A stretch of 60,677 bases of DNA, the filler included, from Sphacelaria rigidula (lineage: Eukaryota): NCBI GenBank assembly GCA_964200075.2. It is 10 parts of 10 records of this genome, joined end to end, with 100 filler letters (N's around TTAATTAATTAA, not from the genome) between each part and the next. Parts side by side here need not be neighbours in the genome. Positions count along the whole stretch, not along the records: positions 18,236 to 24,213 come from CAXNAA020023051.1; positions 24,314 to 30,291 come from CAXNAA020023052.1; positions 30,392 to 36,369 come from CAXNAA020023053.1; 7 more parts are not named here. One strand, written 5' to 3'. Positions 21,271-33,092 of the stretch are shown here, piece after piece. Below the pieces are notes generated by a model. That model was not told the DNA's origin, made no database searches, and saw nothing but the letters and a program-made list of their open reading frames with translations. Position 1 is the stretch's first letter. Every line of letters begins with the position of its first letter. The translations under genes were made by a program, and so were the position numbers.

Positions 21271-22876
21271 ACACGTCGGACAGCTCATGAGCTAGCTCAT
21301 CTGCGAGCTGTAGTTCGCTTGTAGTCAAACATGTACATGCGAACTACGTCCGATAGCTCACCCACGGGAAACGCGCGCTGATGAGCTACGGGTTGGTAGC
21401 TCACCCAGGACAAACAGGCGTAGCTCATGTAGCTTTCATAGCTCACCCACGGCGAATATGAGCTGATGAGCTACCGTCTGGGAGCTCACCCAGGACAAAC
21501 TTGCGCAGCTCATGCAGCTCTCATAGCTCACCCAGGGCAAACATGCGCGGATGAGCTACGGGTTAGTAGCTCACCTACGGCACACATGTGTAGCTCATGT
21601 AGCTCTCATAGCTCATCGAGGGCAAACATGCGTAGCTCATTTAACTCTCATGGCTCACCCAGGGAAAACATACACGGATGAGCTATGTCCGGTAGCTCAC
21701 CCCGGGAACACATGCTCATAGCTTACTCACGTCATGTGCCTCGCTCGTCGCTGGTAAACCCGGTATCGCTCATCATTTGACATCCTTGTTCGAACGGACG
21801 GCGTAACCTATCCTCAGGTTGTGGTTTTCTGCCTCGCTTTTCGCGTTGGGAACAAAAAAGCTCAACACGAATCCTCGCTCGCATGGTCGAATGCTTAAAA
21901 CATGATTGCGATTCGGTGTCGCTAACAAATCGACCAGTTCATTGCCTTTGAGCGCTTGGCCGCGAGGGTACAAGTCTATCTGGTCGTGCATACTTTTTTC
22001 AAGAGAGACTGAAGCCGATTCAAGAGATGACCTATGCTCGCCGTCAAAATGGTCAACCCTTTGACCGCGAGGGTAGGTGACATGTAAAATCAGCATAATT
22101 CATATTTGTTGGGTGTGAATGATGCCGATTCCACTGATCGCTTACTCTCGCGGTCAAAGGGTTAAGAAATAAAATATTGTATGTATGTTCACCTCTTCCT
22201 CCACATCGGACGCCTGTTGCGGAGGATCCAGATCTACGCGATATAATTTTCGACTGAAGCGCCGCTGCAACCGCTGCCCCCGGCGGTCGCCATGTACGAC
22301 GGGTTGTGTATGCGTGTGGTTGTGTGTGTGGGTGTGGTGGCTACGGTGGGGATGGCTTCTGATATCATTGTTGATACTTACAAAAAGCAAATATATCGCT
22401 GCACGAAAACGGAACACTAGGGTGTACACATGTAACCGTTTTCACGTATTAACATGCATGAGCATCGGAACAGAAACAACTCCAAAATCGGCGTAGCTCC
22501 CGTAGCTAATTAGCTCAACCAGGGCAAACATGCGCGGATGAGCTATGGGGTGGTAGCTTACCAAGGGCAATTATGCGTAGCTCATGTGGCTGTCATAGCT
22601 TATCGAGGGCAAACATGCGTAGCTCATTTAACTCTCATGGCTCATCCAGGGCGAATATGAGCTGATGAGCTACGGGTTGGTAGCCCACCTAGGGCGAACA
22701 TGAGCTGATGAGACACGGGTTGGTAGCTCACCTAGGGGAAACATGCGTAGCTCATGTAGCTCTCATAGCTCATCCAGGAAAAACATGCGTCGCTCGCGTA
22801 GCTCCCATAGCTTACTAGAGAGCTACGCTAAAAAAGAGCTAGCTCGAGCTACACGGAGCTGATCTGTCCGACGTGT
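21271..22876. mobile_element. Non-autonomous DNA transposon with 13-bp TIR, ~10-bp TSD (Mutator-like) and subterminal AGCTCA arrays
   Basis: acacgtcggacag / ctgtccgacgtgt; flanks taaatatggc / taaatattgt; dense (t)agctca motifs at 21285-21730 and 22495-22860. Confidence 0.75.
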
Positions 22877-23353
22877 TAAATATTGTCCATTTACATGTGA
22901 ACGAACGTTCGACAGGATGATGGCACTTGTAAAAAGGTGATCGCTTGTTGCGGCAGTCCGTCCCTCGTATTCAGCCCAACATACATTTGCGTAAACCTTG
23001 TACAGGTATCCCTGACTAGTTTAGTAGTGTATACACATGGTCAGAAACAGCTGATCCGAAAGAGTGGTGAGCAAATATCCAAGTTTGTGTTCTGTAGGGA
23101 AGTGGGGGATTGTTTGGTTGGCTGCTAAAACCATACCGAAATGTGTATCGAACATTCCGAAGTGAGAGTGTAACAAAACGCGTCGTTAAACCACCGACAC
23201 CAAACAACGCCTCCACGCACTTGAGAACCGTCCAAACCGAATGAAGAAAATAAATAAATAAATGAAGAGGTATGTTCACACAACAAAGGTCAGGAAAATG
23301 AGGCACGCACGCACGCACAACACACCTAACACGGCAAATAATTTTCAACAAAT

Positions 23354-23388
<35 letters not shown>

Positions 23389-23503
23389 GCGCGCGCACAC
23401 ATTTTGACAAGAAGTAACCAAAACGAAAATCCAAACCGACAAAAAAATAATTCACACAGTTGCCTTTCCTCTTCTAACCCAATCTCCGTGTTTTGGTACA
23501 TAC

Positions 23504-23856
23504 CTGGATCAGACGAGCCGAAAATCGCGCTATCCGTGTGTCTAAACGTCCACGGATCAAAATAGCATGCACGGCCGACCATAACACCAGCCACGCCGCC
23601 CGCATACCCCCCCCAGTTGCCTCGCCCCGAAATATGTTCGTTCGCGGCGCCCAAGTGCTCGACGCCTCCGTTGAGGACAATCTCCAGCTCTGGAAAATCT
23701 AGCGCGAGGCGATGCACGATGTCGTACCGCAGTTGCGGGACGGTTCGATTGGCGGACGTCGAGAGACCGTTCAAGAGGCATTTTCTGGCGTGAACGATCA
23801 CGTGGTCAACGCCGGCTGCTTTCACGGATCGTACGAACTGCGTCAGTTCTTCGTAC
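23504..23856 (-). CDS. DusA: tRNA-dihydrouridine synthase (DusA-type), internal exon of the TIM-barrel domain
   Basis: YEELTQFV..GVDHVIVHARKCLLNGLSTSANRTVPQLRY..LEIVLNGG..GVMVGRA..PW; acceptor ctgtcag, donor CAG|GTATGT; 5' exons lie beyond the scaffold end. Confidence 0.9.
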
Positions 23857-24529
23857 CTGACAGTTGGGACAGCGGGGGAGGGGAGGGGCGAGGTGTGCCA
23901 AAAAAACGACGGTAGCGGTTTTTTTTCACGTACGTACGTGGGCGTACGCCTGAAACGGAAAACATACACTCCCTCTGACCGAGAATATAAGCAAAAATTG
24001 GATTTCCGGCAATACAAGCAAGGTTTCTATGATATTGAGAGAAGTGTCCATTTGGGCACGGTGGACGTCGGACAACTTTGGCATACGACCACATATCACA
24101 TTGGAGAGCGAAAATAACACATCCGCTCGATGGGGGGGGGGGGGGGGATAACCATCACCAGAACGGGGAACTGGAAGAATAAGTGCCAGCTGGTACCCAG
24201 CGCGGACACCCCTNNNNNNNNNNNNNNNNNNNNNNNNNNNNNNNNNNNNNNNNNNNNTTAATTAATTAANNNNNNNNNNNNNNNNNNNNNNNNNNNNNNN
24301 NNNNNNNNNNNNNTGTTTACAATAACCAGCCTCTGACCTCGTGTCACCCCTGGCCTAGCATGTCCTCCGAGAGTGAAGCCAGTATCACCTCGTGATCAGA
24401 CCACGACATCACTGTTAGCTGGCCCAGCTTGTGCACGTTACTCGTCCACGTTTATGTTACGTTCATCATGTTTGTAGAATTTGACGTTCAGTTCACGTTT
24501 CGTTTGGCACGTTCAAAATAGTTCATGTT

Positions 24530-24946
24530 TAGTGTTGGATATCGTATCGAAACATCGTTTTCGTTATCCTATAGAAAACATTTCGATAAAACGAGCGGTG
24601 TGACTATCGGGTTTTGTCGAATCTGGACACGTTTTTTCCTAGTCTAGGAGACCTTGGTTAGGCCATTTTCGATGGGGATACGAAGTGAAACCATACATCC
24701 CAATATATATATCCCAATTTTCTCGCCTTCCGCGGCGCCGCCAGCGGCGCCTCCAGCGGGGCCGTCTCACGAACCGCACGCGCGCGGGGTGGGGGGCATT
24801 TGGTGCTCGCACAGCGAGCACCCGCTCGATTTTCGATGCGCTCGCCGAGGTTAGGCTTCGCCGAAAATTATCGAAAATTATCGTTATCGTATGCTGAAAA
24901 AGTCGATATCGTATCGGAGCGCTAAATGGTTCGATATCCAACACTA
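24530..24946. mobile_element. hAT-type MITE
   Basis: TIR tagtgttggatatcg / cgatatccaacacta; 8-bp TSD ttcatgtt / ttaatgtt; subterminal atcg repeats. Confidence 0.8.
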
Positions 24947-26889
24947 TTAATGTTACGCTGACGCTTCATTTGAAATTTCAACGTCACGTTTCGTTACATG
25001 TAACGTAGTATAAAACATTTCATTGACACGTGTAGCGTTCGAATGTAACGTTTCACTCTGTGTATATTGCGGCTCATTTCCAGTGTTTGAGACGTTGTAA
25101 CATGTTGAGTCCCACAAGTCTCGGCAGTTTTCTTGACTCGATAAGTCTCAGAGAAGATTGATTGCAAGTTTGAGCTATGCAAATTCTGCCGCTATCAGGA
25201 AAACGCACAGGTGTGTTGGAACCGTGTCGATGAATACAAAAAGGTATTTCTGCGTGTTCAAATCCGCCTAGCTTCCGTGAAGTGTCATGAAGATATTGGG
25301 AATCCCAGTAGACAAGATTGCAGGTCTGTTCAGAGTTGGTCGGGTTCGGATGTTAGCTTGTATATTTGCAAATTATCGCGAGATATATCGGCTGGGACCG
25401 ACATAGCTCGCCCATCTTCCAGCACTATCAATTGCTCCCCTCTGCTAGCCAGCAAAAGGAAGTCTAACCATCGGTGAGAGATATTGGCTGGTCTGGGTTG
25501 GGTTGATTGAGTGGGTATCAGAGGTAGAATCAAGATAATTAAGAGAGAAGTGAAGAACCTATTGCGTGAACCTCGTCTGATACTTGGATACTGAGCAGGT
25601 CACACGGTATCTACAAGTTGTAACAGCCTGACGGTTGTACAGTTGCCTGTCAAGCTTGTGCCGTGGGTTGCAAGCTGTATCCTTGCATTATATTGCCGCT
25701 TGCTCTTTATCACATTGGCGTTTGACTCAGGAGCTTCTCCTTTGGCTATTGAGTTTCTTTCTTGTACCAAATTGTATCCCTGGCTGCCAGCTGTGTACTC
25801 CAGCCTTTTGATATTCTGCCCTTTTCCCTTCGGCGTTGTAGTCCAACCTACCGCGAGGAAGTCAGTAGCTCTCGAGCTTCTGCCCCGTGTGTCCCTCGGT
25901 AAAGTGTATTCGTGTCCTGCTACTTGCGATTGTTGTAGCGTTCGACGCCACATCTTGTGTGGTCAACGTGGGGTCAACGCGCACTGCGTGCTGTTCTTGC
26001 CGTGCTGTCAATTTGACATCACCTGCACAAGGCCCAACGATATCAGTCCCGCCTGCACGACTTTTGAATCTTTTCTTGATTCAACAGCCCGGTAATTGAC
26101 TATGCTCACACTCTGCCATGGGCAACAATGATGCAGGATATAATGCGGTACAAATAGCGTGGACCATGTTGCAATTGCGGAGGATTAGGTGTCCAATCAA
26201 AGGAATGATGTATAATGACGTAGGTTATGCGAGTACAGTCACGTGTGCAGTACGAGCATCCTGGTTGCGCACCACCCTCCTCGGTCAGTTCATCTTGGAC
26301 CATCTTGGTTCTGGGTTCTGGGTGCCAACTGCCTGCCTTGCTCTGGGGGTTACCATAAGTGTACGTGGTGAGTCTGTGAGAGTGATACTGAAGTAAGAGG
26401 GATATTGAGCGTGTATTACTGTGTGACTGCGTTGATTGGATTGTGTGAGAGTGAACAGTAAAGTGAAGAGATAATACGAACGTTCTGGATCATTGCTGTT
26501 TGCCTGAGCCAAGGTGTTGACTGCTGTTCACCCACTTGATCTGTGTGAACGCGTACCCCTCATCAGAGCGGTCGATTACCCGGCGCGGCCCCCGCACCAA
26601 GCCATCGTTGGCTCGTGTATTTGGCCTTGTGGCCCCCTTTCCTTCTGCAGAATAAGTCTTCTACTACAGGTTTGTACAGAACACCAGTGCACAAAGGCGC
26701 ACTGTTCCTCATAGCCAGCCGCTGTTCCTGACCTGAGTTCCCGCCAAGCTGGCACGCTGCTGCTCTTATTTTTCAATATCGATTGTACGCGACTGTTGTA
26801 TCTTTCCTTCACGAAATTACTGAACTAAGTACAGACCGTGTTCACACAGTGTGATAACGGACGTCTGTACTGAACTTTGGATTGTTCCG

Positions 26890-27475
26890 GCACTTTACCT
26901 TCGTTGCTTGAGCGACCTGCAAACCCGTGGTCGAGGAGGCAAGATCGCTTGTCATGTATAAGACACACTGGCACGGTCTTCGGAGAGCGTCTGGGGAACG
27001 AGAATCCGACCTGCAATTGCACCCTCGTGCAATCCTCCTTTACTGGACGTAATTCCAACATCAGCATCTTGCTCACAACAAGAAATATCGCAACATGCGC
27101 CGTGGCGCAGCAGCCCGCGAACTTCACCGCAACCAGGGACTACGCTTTGTCGCCAATGGTTACGAACTTGTACCCACCAAGACTTGTAAGACGAAGTTCT
27201 TTGCAAACCAGCGACTCCTGCCCAAGGGCAGCTACCTTTGGTTCAAAGGCAGCGACAACCTGTGGTGGCTGGGTCAGACCCACTCCGCTAACCTGGTTTC
27301 GGCCGACACATACATCGTGCGCTTCATCGATGACCCCGGACCCAAAGAGCTCAAGCTTCGATCAGCACTTTACACCACCAGCCCATCTGCACCCCGCGGA
27401 TCCTGGTGTTTCCGGCGCCTCAAGTCCAAAGGACTTCGCCGCGGTCTCCAGCGCAACATCGACGCCCCGCTTTGA
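26890..27475 (+). pseudogene. Remnant of Gypsy pol C-terminus (chromodomain-like segment plus brown-algal C-terminal domain)
   Basis: RGRGGKIA/VMYKTHWHGL..ERESDLQ..ILLYW..MRRGAAAREL..LWFKGSDNLWWLG..YIVRFIDDPGP..GSWC; contains a frameshift and a stop. Confidence 0.7.
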
Positions 27476-27721
27476 ACCACGCTTCTTTGTCGCGACTGTT
27501 GCCCCACCCCCATTGTTTCCCGTAAGCATTGTGTACCCCCCCCTCTTCTCCACCAGGATGCTCTTCTACTACACCACAATAGCGCGACCTACATCGGAAA
27601 ACGATCAAGAACTACTGACGCGACCGCTACCTACGACTACTGGGGCCATAGTATCCGCTCCATCTGGCGCCCGATCTCGTTGAATCACCGATTTTCAGAT
27701 TTTCGATCTTGCAGTTTTTAT

Positions 27722-27850
27722 TACCTTTGGATTCCCCCAGGTCGAAGCTCTGCTCCCTGTTGTACCTTTGGATTCTCCCAGGTTGAAGCTCTGCTCCCTG
27801 TTGTACCTTTGGATTCCCCCAGGTTGAAGCTCTGCTCCCTGTTGTACCTC
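27722..27850. repeat. 41-bp tandem repeat, about 3 copies, in the Gypsy 3' UTR
   Basis: tacctttggattcccccaggttgaagctctgctccctgttg repeated. Confidence 0.9.
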
Positions 27851-28899
27851 CCTGTTTTCCCCCCTTAACTTTTGCTAAGACGCCGAAGAAATTTGTGCTT
27901 CTTCGTTGATCGCTGGCACGCCGAAGCAGTTTGTGCTTCCGCGTTTCGGAGCCGTTTTTTCTTCTCCTCGAAGCAGTTTATGCTTCCCTTCTTTTGAGGT
28001 GTGGGAGTGGGTACAGGATTGTTGGTACGGGAATGTTAGGTACGGGAGTGTTCCTTTAGGTATGATTCATTAGCCACTCATGACTTGACCAGTAAAGAAA
28101 AACCTTAGTTTTCGCTGCTTTGAGGATAAATCCTCGCAGCTGTAATAAAGGTTCGTCTGGGTGGGTTAGTGTCATGAAGATATTGGGCATCCCAGTAGGC
28201 AAGATTGCAGGTCTGTTCAGAATTGGTCGGGTTCGGATGTGAGCTTGTATATTTGTAAAATATGGCGAGATATATCGGCTGGGACCGACATAGCTCGCCC
28301 ATCCTCCAGCACTATCAACTGCTTCCCTCTGCTAGCCAGCAAAAGGAAGTCTAACCATCGGTGAGAGATATTGGCTGGTCTGGGTTGGATTGATTGAGTG
28401 GGTATCGGAGTTAGAATCAAGATAATTAAGAGAAAAGTGAAGAACCTATTGCGTGAACCTCGTCTGATATTTGGATGCTGAGCAGGTCACACGGTATCTA
28501 CAAGTTGTAACAGCCTGACGGTTGTACACTTGCCTGCCAAGCTTGTGCCTTGGGTTGGAAGCTGTGTCCTTGCATTATACTGCCGCTTGCTCTTTATCAC
28601 AGGCAGTTTCCACCTCGAGATCCGCAATCATTACTCTATTATCAGGTTACCTCAAACCCCTCCGCACTAAATTTGATCTTGAAGATGTTTTCGGGGTATG
28701 GTGACTGGCTGGATTGAGATATACGCCACCCTTGCTGAGCAGTAGGATATTCTAGCAGGCATGTGCAGGCACGTGCAAATTGAAAATCATAATTTACGGG
28801 GGTCTACAACAAGGAAGGAGGGTGAGAGGGTAATAGGGTGACAGTGTCACAGGGTGATGAGGTCGTGCACGGCTTCGGTTAGAACTCCCACTATGGCTT

Positions 28900-29022
28900 C
28901 AATCCTTTTGGAACCCATTGACGACTTTTGTTTGTGAATCGGCGTCATTTTTAGTCGTTTTCAAGTCAAAATAATGGCGATTCACAAACACAAGAATCGT
29001 CAATGTGTTCCAAAGAGGTTAA
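28900..29022. mobile_element. Small foldback / MITE-like hairpin
   Basis: ttggaacccattgacga..tgtttgtgaatcg is mirrored by cgattcacaaaca..tcgtcaatgtgttccaa. Confidence 0.6.
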
Positions 29023-31922
29023 GGACAACTGATGCACTCATACCCACCAACATCGTAGGGCAGGTGGAGTGCAAGGGCTACTCCTGTCCTATATCTACTA
29101 ATTTCTAATTTCCACGGACTACTCCTAATGTGCCCAGTAGCTAACACTCTGTCGGAACAGACGGGGGGTGCACATTGTTGCGGATGTAGGTGACGCAGTC
29201 TCTATATTCATCGTGTTTGAATATAATCTTTGCGACAAAGAGCGGCAGTTACGACGGTTCAAGGAGATCACGAACCATGTATCTTCTCACTGAGTAATTG
29301 TACCTTTTCTGGTCATTTAGTACGCCTGTCTGAGTGACGTATCAAGCAGGATATTGCTGGAGTAGACGTGTTGTCAAGAATTGTCGTAGTAAGATGCTAC
29401 AGCAGAGTAGCTCGGCCACCTAAGCTAAAGTGAATCTCGTGTAGAAGATTGCAGTAAATGTAATTAAAAGGCTGGCAAGACTACCGTGTCAGCAGCAGCA
29501 GTTGAACCGGATGATACAGTTTGGATGGATGTACGTGTGCAGAATTGACTCTTGTTCCAGAAAGTGATAGCTCTTTGGCTTTATGTCGATCGCTCATCGC
29601 TCTCACTCTCCATGCTTACTCAGCTTTTTTTCTAGCTCTCTGCGTGAAAAAGAGACTGTGATTATGTGTTGGTCGAAAAGCGTCACCGAAAATCATCAGA
29701 CTTTTCTTATTTTTCACTGCAAGTCGAAAGTGAGCTTCACAGCCAGTGCTGTACTGTGCGACCTCTGCCAGTCTGCCTATAGTGAAACAACGACACACAA
29801 GCGTAGACTTGAAACATAAAACAGTGCAGCTTATACAACCCCACTCGATTTGAACTGACAGTTCAGGTTCTCATCTAACCCGACAATAGTTGCGATAAGT
29901 CTATACTTCATCCAGCACACTTCTTGTCTATTGCATCTATTGACCATATACTGTCATCATGCAGGGTGTGCACAACTTGCACCAAAACCGTGGCTGCCCG
30001 GACTGACCCCAAGAAACGAAATCAATACGTTTCGCCTACTGCCTGACATCACAGAGAAGCAGCATTGCAGAAACCCGCGAGTATCGTCTATCCGGTATAT
30101 CACAGAAACGCATCCTATTTTGTTGTTATTGCTGTTGTTGTTTGTTGTTGGTGTTGTTGGTGTTGTTTTTTGTTGTTATCGCTGCCCCCCTTTCTTTCCT
30201 TTCTGAGGCCGTTGCTTCTGTCGCTTTCTGTTTCTTTTTTATTTTAATATTAGAGCAATGGACTAGAAAAGGTATACCTTCTCGTTTTTTGNNNNNNNNN
30301 NNNNNNNNNNNNNNNNNNNNNNNNNNNNNNNNNNNTTAATTAATTAANNNNNNNNNNNNNNNNNNNNNNNNNNNNNNNNNNNNNNNNNNNNAGGCGGCCC
30401 GAAGCACTGACAGGAGCAAGCACATGACACCTACGGCGGCTGAGAAGGCTGTTTTAGCGCTGTACAGCACTCGCCACCTGAAGAGCGGATGTGAAAAGGG
30501 TACAGCAGTCGGTCCTACCGTAGTTTTGACGCGACAAGAAATTTTTATATTACTATTAAGTTTGGCGCGGGCAGAATCAGGAGCGTGTGCACATGTTTGA
30601 ACCCCCATAAAGTGAGCAAACTGGCACCAAAACCCATGATTGTTTTTGGGGAGCCTTCCCATGTCCACACAGCAACCAATGTATCAAACTATTGATTTTG
30701 CGTCGCCTGCCTTGCACGGGGCACGCATGAAGTAAAAATACACGGAATATTGCCCCGAAATCGACGGTCCTGAACCTCGGGGGTGTGTGTTTCTTGTCCC
30801 CGGATATGGGCATGAGTGTGTTTTTTTTGTATAGTGATGTCAAGTACACACATGATGTGCACACCAAGTATTGGGTTCTGAGACGTTCCAGAACCAAGTA
30901 ATCGCATAATACGCAAAAATGTGCTTAATTGGACAGCAGTTGTGCCTTCAGACTTTTCTGCGCGGAGGAACCATGAACCGCAGAGCCGCTACCGCCTCTC
31001 CATATCAGTCTTTTTCTTTTCTTTTCTTTTTGGATGTTCGAGAGTAGTCCAAGCTGTCGCTGGATACCAAAATATCGGTTCAAGTCGAAACACTGACGAC
31101 AAACCAGTCATTGGCGTCAGGGGTGGCTCAAGGTGGGCCTTGTACGGCACTTGCCTCTATTACTGTTACTTCCGCACATTTGCCTGCTTTCTCGAACCCG
31201 TGGTCGCAGACGTGACCTTATATTTCCAGTGCTGTTACTACTGGTTCTTACATGAGATAGAAGCGTCAAGTGAACGTTTTCTTCTGAGACTCCAAAACAA
31301 ACAAAATACGACAAGATAAAGAAGAAAATAGGAGGAAAAAGCTCCCCCCGAATTGATCCAGGGGTGATGAACCAAACAAATATATATGCCCATGAAGTAA
31401 AGGAACTCGAGAGACGTAAAAGGAAGTGAAATGACAAATAGGTACAACCCAGAGGAATGTATGGATAGCAAGGGAGAGTCAAAGAACATTTTAAGGTGCA
31501 CACAGATGATAACAGCAACGTTTTCAGGGAGACGGCAGACGCACTAGCGAGTGCTGATACAAAAACAATGACCTTCGATCAATGGCCGAGCCAGAACACC
31601 AACGATCGGACCGAAGATAACACAAGAGCCCCTCTTCCACCACGGCCGCGCCTACTTTCTCTATCCGGCCAGCATGCAGTAACGCGGAAAAACACTTCAT
31701 GATGAGCTCAGCAATCCCCTTGTATACCCGAATACAACAACCAATGCGACAATACAGTGCCTTCACCAAATCCGTTGAGCCTGCTCCTCTCTCTCGACGA
31801 AAACTCCACCGTGAAACAGAGAATCATATCGGGCCTGGGCCCCGCACTTTTTCTCCTGTCCCAGCACGAAATTTGCGGTAAAATGGAAGGTGTTGACTCA
31901 TACAAGGCTTCCGCATTTTCTC

Positions 31923-33092
31923 TCAGTGGCCTTCCGCGAACGACCGCAGTCCGGGCTGACCAATCGAGGATTCACCGCTCAAACACGGAGAAGGTACCTC
32001 GGGGGTATCCAACGTGAACTCCGCCTCTCGTGTACCCTCGCGCCTATCGCTAGTACCCGTCGCCCCACTAGCAAGATCTCCGCTTTGCACTGCATTACCC
32101 TCCGAGTTTTGGCGGTCGGTTGGTGTCTTGCCACTATAGTCAGAGGGCGTTCTCGGGGTGAGCCCCACCCCTCTCGGCGTTTCCCACACGGTATTCCCCC
32201 GCAGCCTCCGTTCTTGAGGCCGGCTACTGCTTTTCATGTTCGACCGAGGAGTTACGTCCTTCCGTCGGGGTGTTTCCCACACGGTGTCCCCCCTCCCTCT
32301 TCGCTCCTGCATGTGCTGATCGCCGCTGTTCGACCTCGGGGTCAACCCTACGCCCCTCGGTGTCTGCCATACCGTTTGGCCCCGCTCTCTCCTGACAACA
32401 CCTTCACCACCAACATCTCGCTGGACGCTCCGCCCCGCGGAATCATCAACGGCCTCTCTGCGAGCCTTGCCAACAGTGCTTGGGGTAAGCCCCACTCCCC
32501 TAGGCGTCTCCCACACCGTGTGCCCTCTCTGCCTACGCGTGAAATTTTCTTCGCCCTCTGAAGAACCAGTGAACTTCTCGGAACCAACCCCTGAGTATCC
32601 AGGAACATCCTCATCACCACCGCCTGAAGAGTGAAGGTCCCCCGCTGAAGTACCAACTATCGTCCGTTTACGGGCCTTCTGAGCAGTTCTGGGAGTAAGT
32701 CCCACCCCCCTAGGCGTCTCCCACACCGTTTGTCCCCTCAGCCTACGCATTGAATTTTTACCGCCCCTTGGAGATAAAGAAACGTTCTCGGAGCCACTCG
32801 GCTTTCCAGTAGCAGAAGAAGCACTTCTCGCTGATAGAGGGGTATGCCCGACGCTCCTGGCGGTTCCCCAATTGTTGAAACCACGTTCTCTGTTGCCTGT
32901 TGAGATCGGTGCGTGAAAGCCTGGACCAGTGGGAGGTGTCGAACCGCACACCTCTTGATGCTCACGCGGTGTTTCCACATTCTCATCCTGCTGTTCATCG
33001 CCATCATCGTTTTGGTGCGTCAGCTCCAGCGGGGTTAGTGGCGCTCGGGGCGAGGAGGGCGAAATGGGACCGCGACGACGCTTCGTGGCGCG
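31923..33092 (-). CDS. Large terminal exon of an unknown protein with 5-6 R.RG.TVWETPRGVGLTPR repeats
   Basis: Open 390 codons after the ctctgctag acceptor and pyrimidine tract; repeat units conserved at protein level while linkers differ. Confidence 0.75.
   Translation of the reverse strand, partial: RATKRRRGPISPSSPRAPLTPLELTHQNDDGDEQQDENVETPREHQEVCGSTPPTGPGFHAPISTGNRERGFNNWGTARSVGHTPLSARSASSATGKPSGSENVSLSPRGGKNSMRRLRGQTVWETPRGVGLTPRTAQKARKRTIVGTSAGDLHSSGGGDEDVPGYSGVGSEKFTGSSEGEENFTRRQRGHTVWETPRGVGLTPSTVGKARREAVDDSAGRSVQRDVGGEGVVRRERGQTVWQTPRGVGLTPRSNSGDQHMQERRGRGDTVWETPRRKDVTPRSNMKSSSRPQERRLRGNTVWETPRGVGLTPRTPSDYSGKTPTDRQNSEGNAVQSGDLASGATGTSDRREGTREAEFTLDTPEVPSPCLSGESSIGQPGLRSFAEGH

Larger units (their letters stand above)
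25283..28601 (+). mobile_element. Non-autonomous Ty3/Gypsy-derived LTR element with two 432-bp LTRs (25283-25714, 28170-28601)
   Basis: Direct repeats TGTCA...TCACA; putative PBS TGGCG after the 5' LTR; gggtgggttag tract before the 3' LTR; TSD only partial (tgaag / ggcag). Confidence 0.88.

Noticed and set aside
23016..24017. 333-aa single-exon Dus protein as given by the ORF track
   Set aside because: Only 23504-23856 is Dus-like; the flanks are intron read-through, including a (CA)n repeat
26877..27683. 268-aa ORF inside the LTR element
   Set aside because: Alternative frame of the Gypsy pol remnant; the recognisable motifs are in other frames
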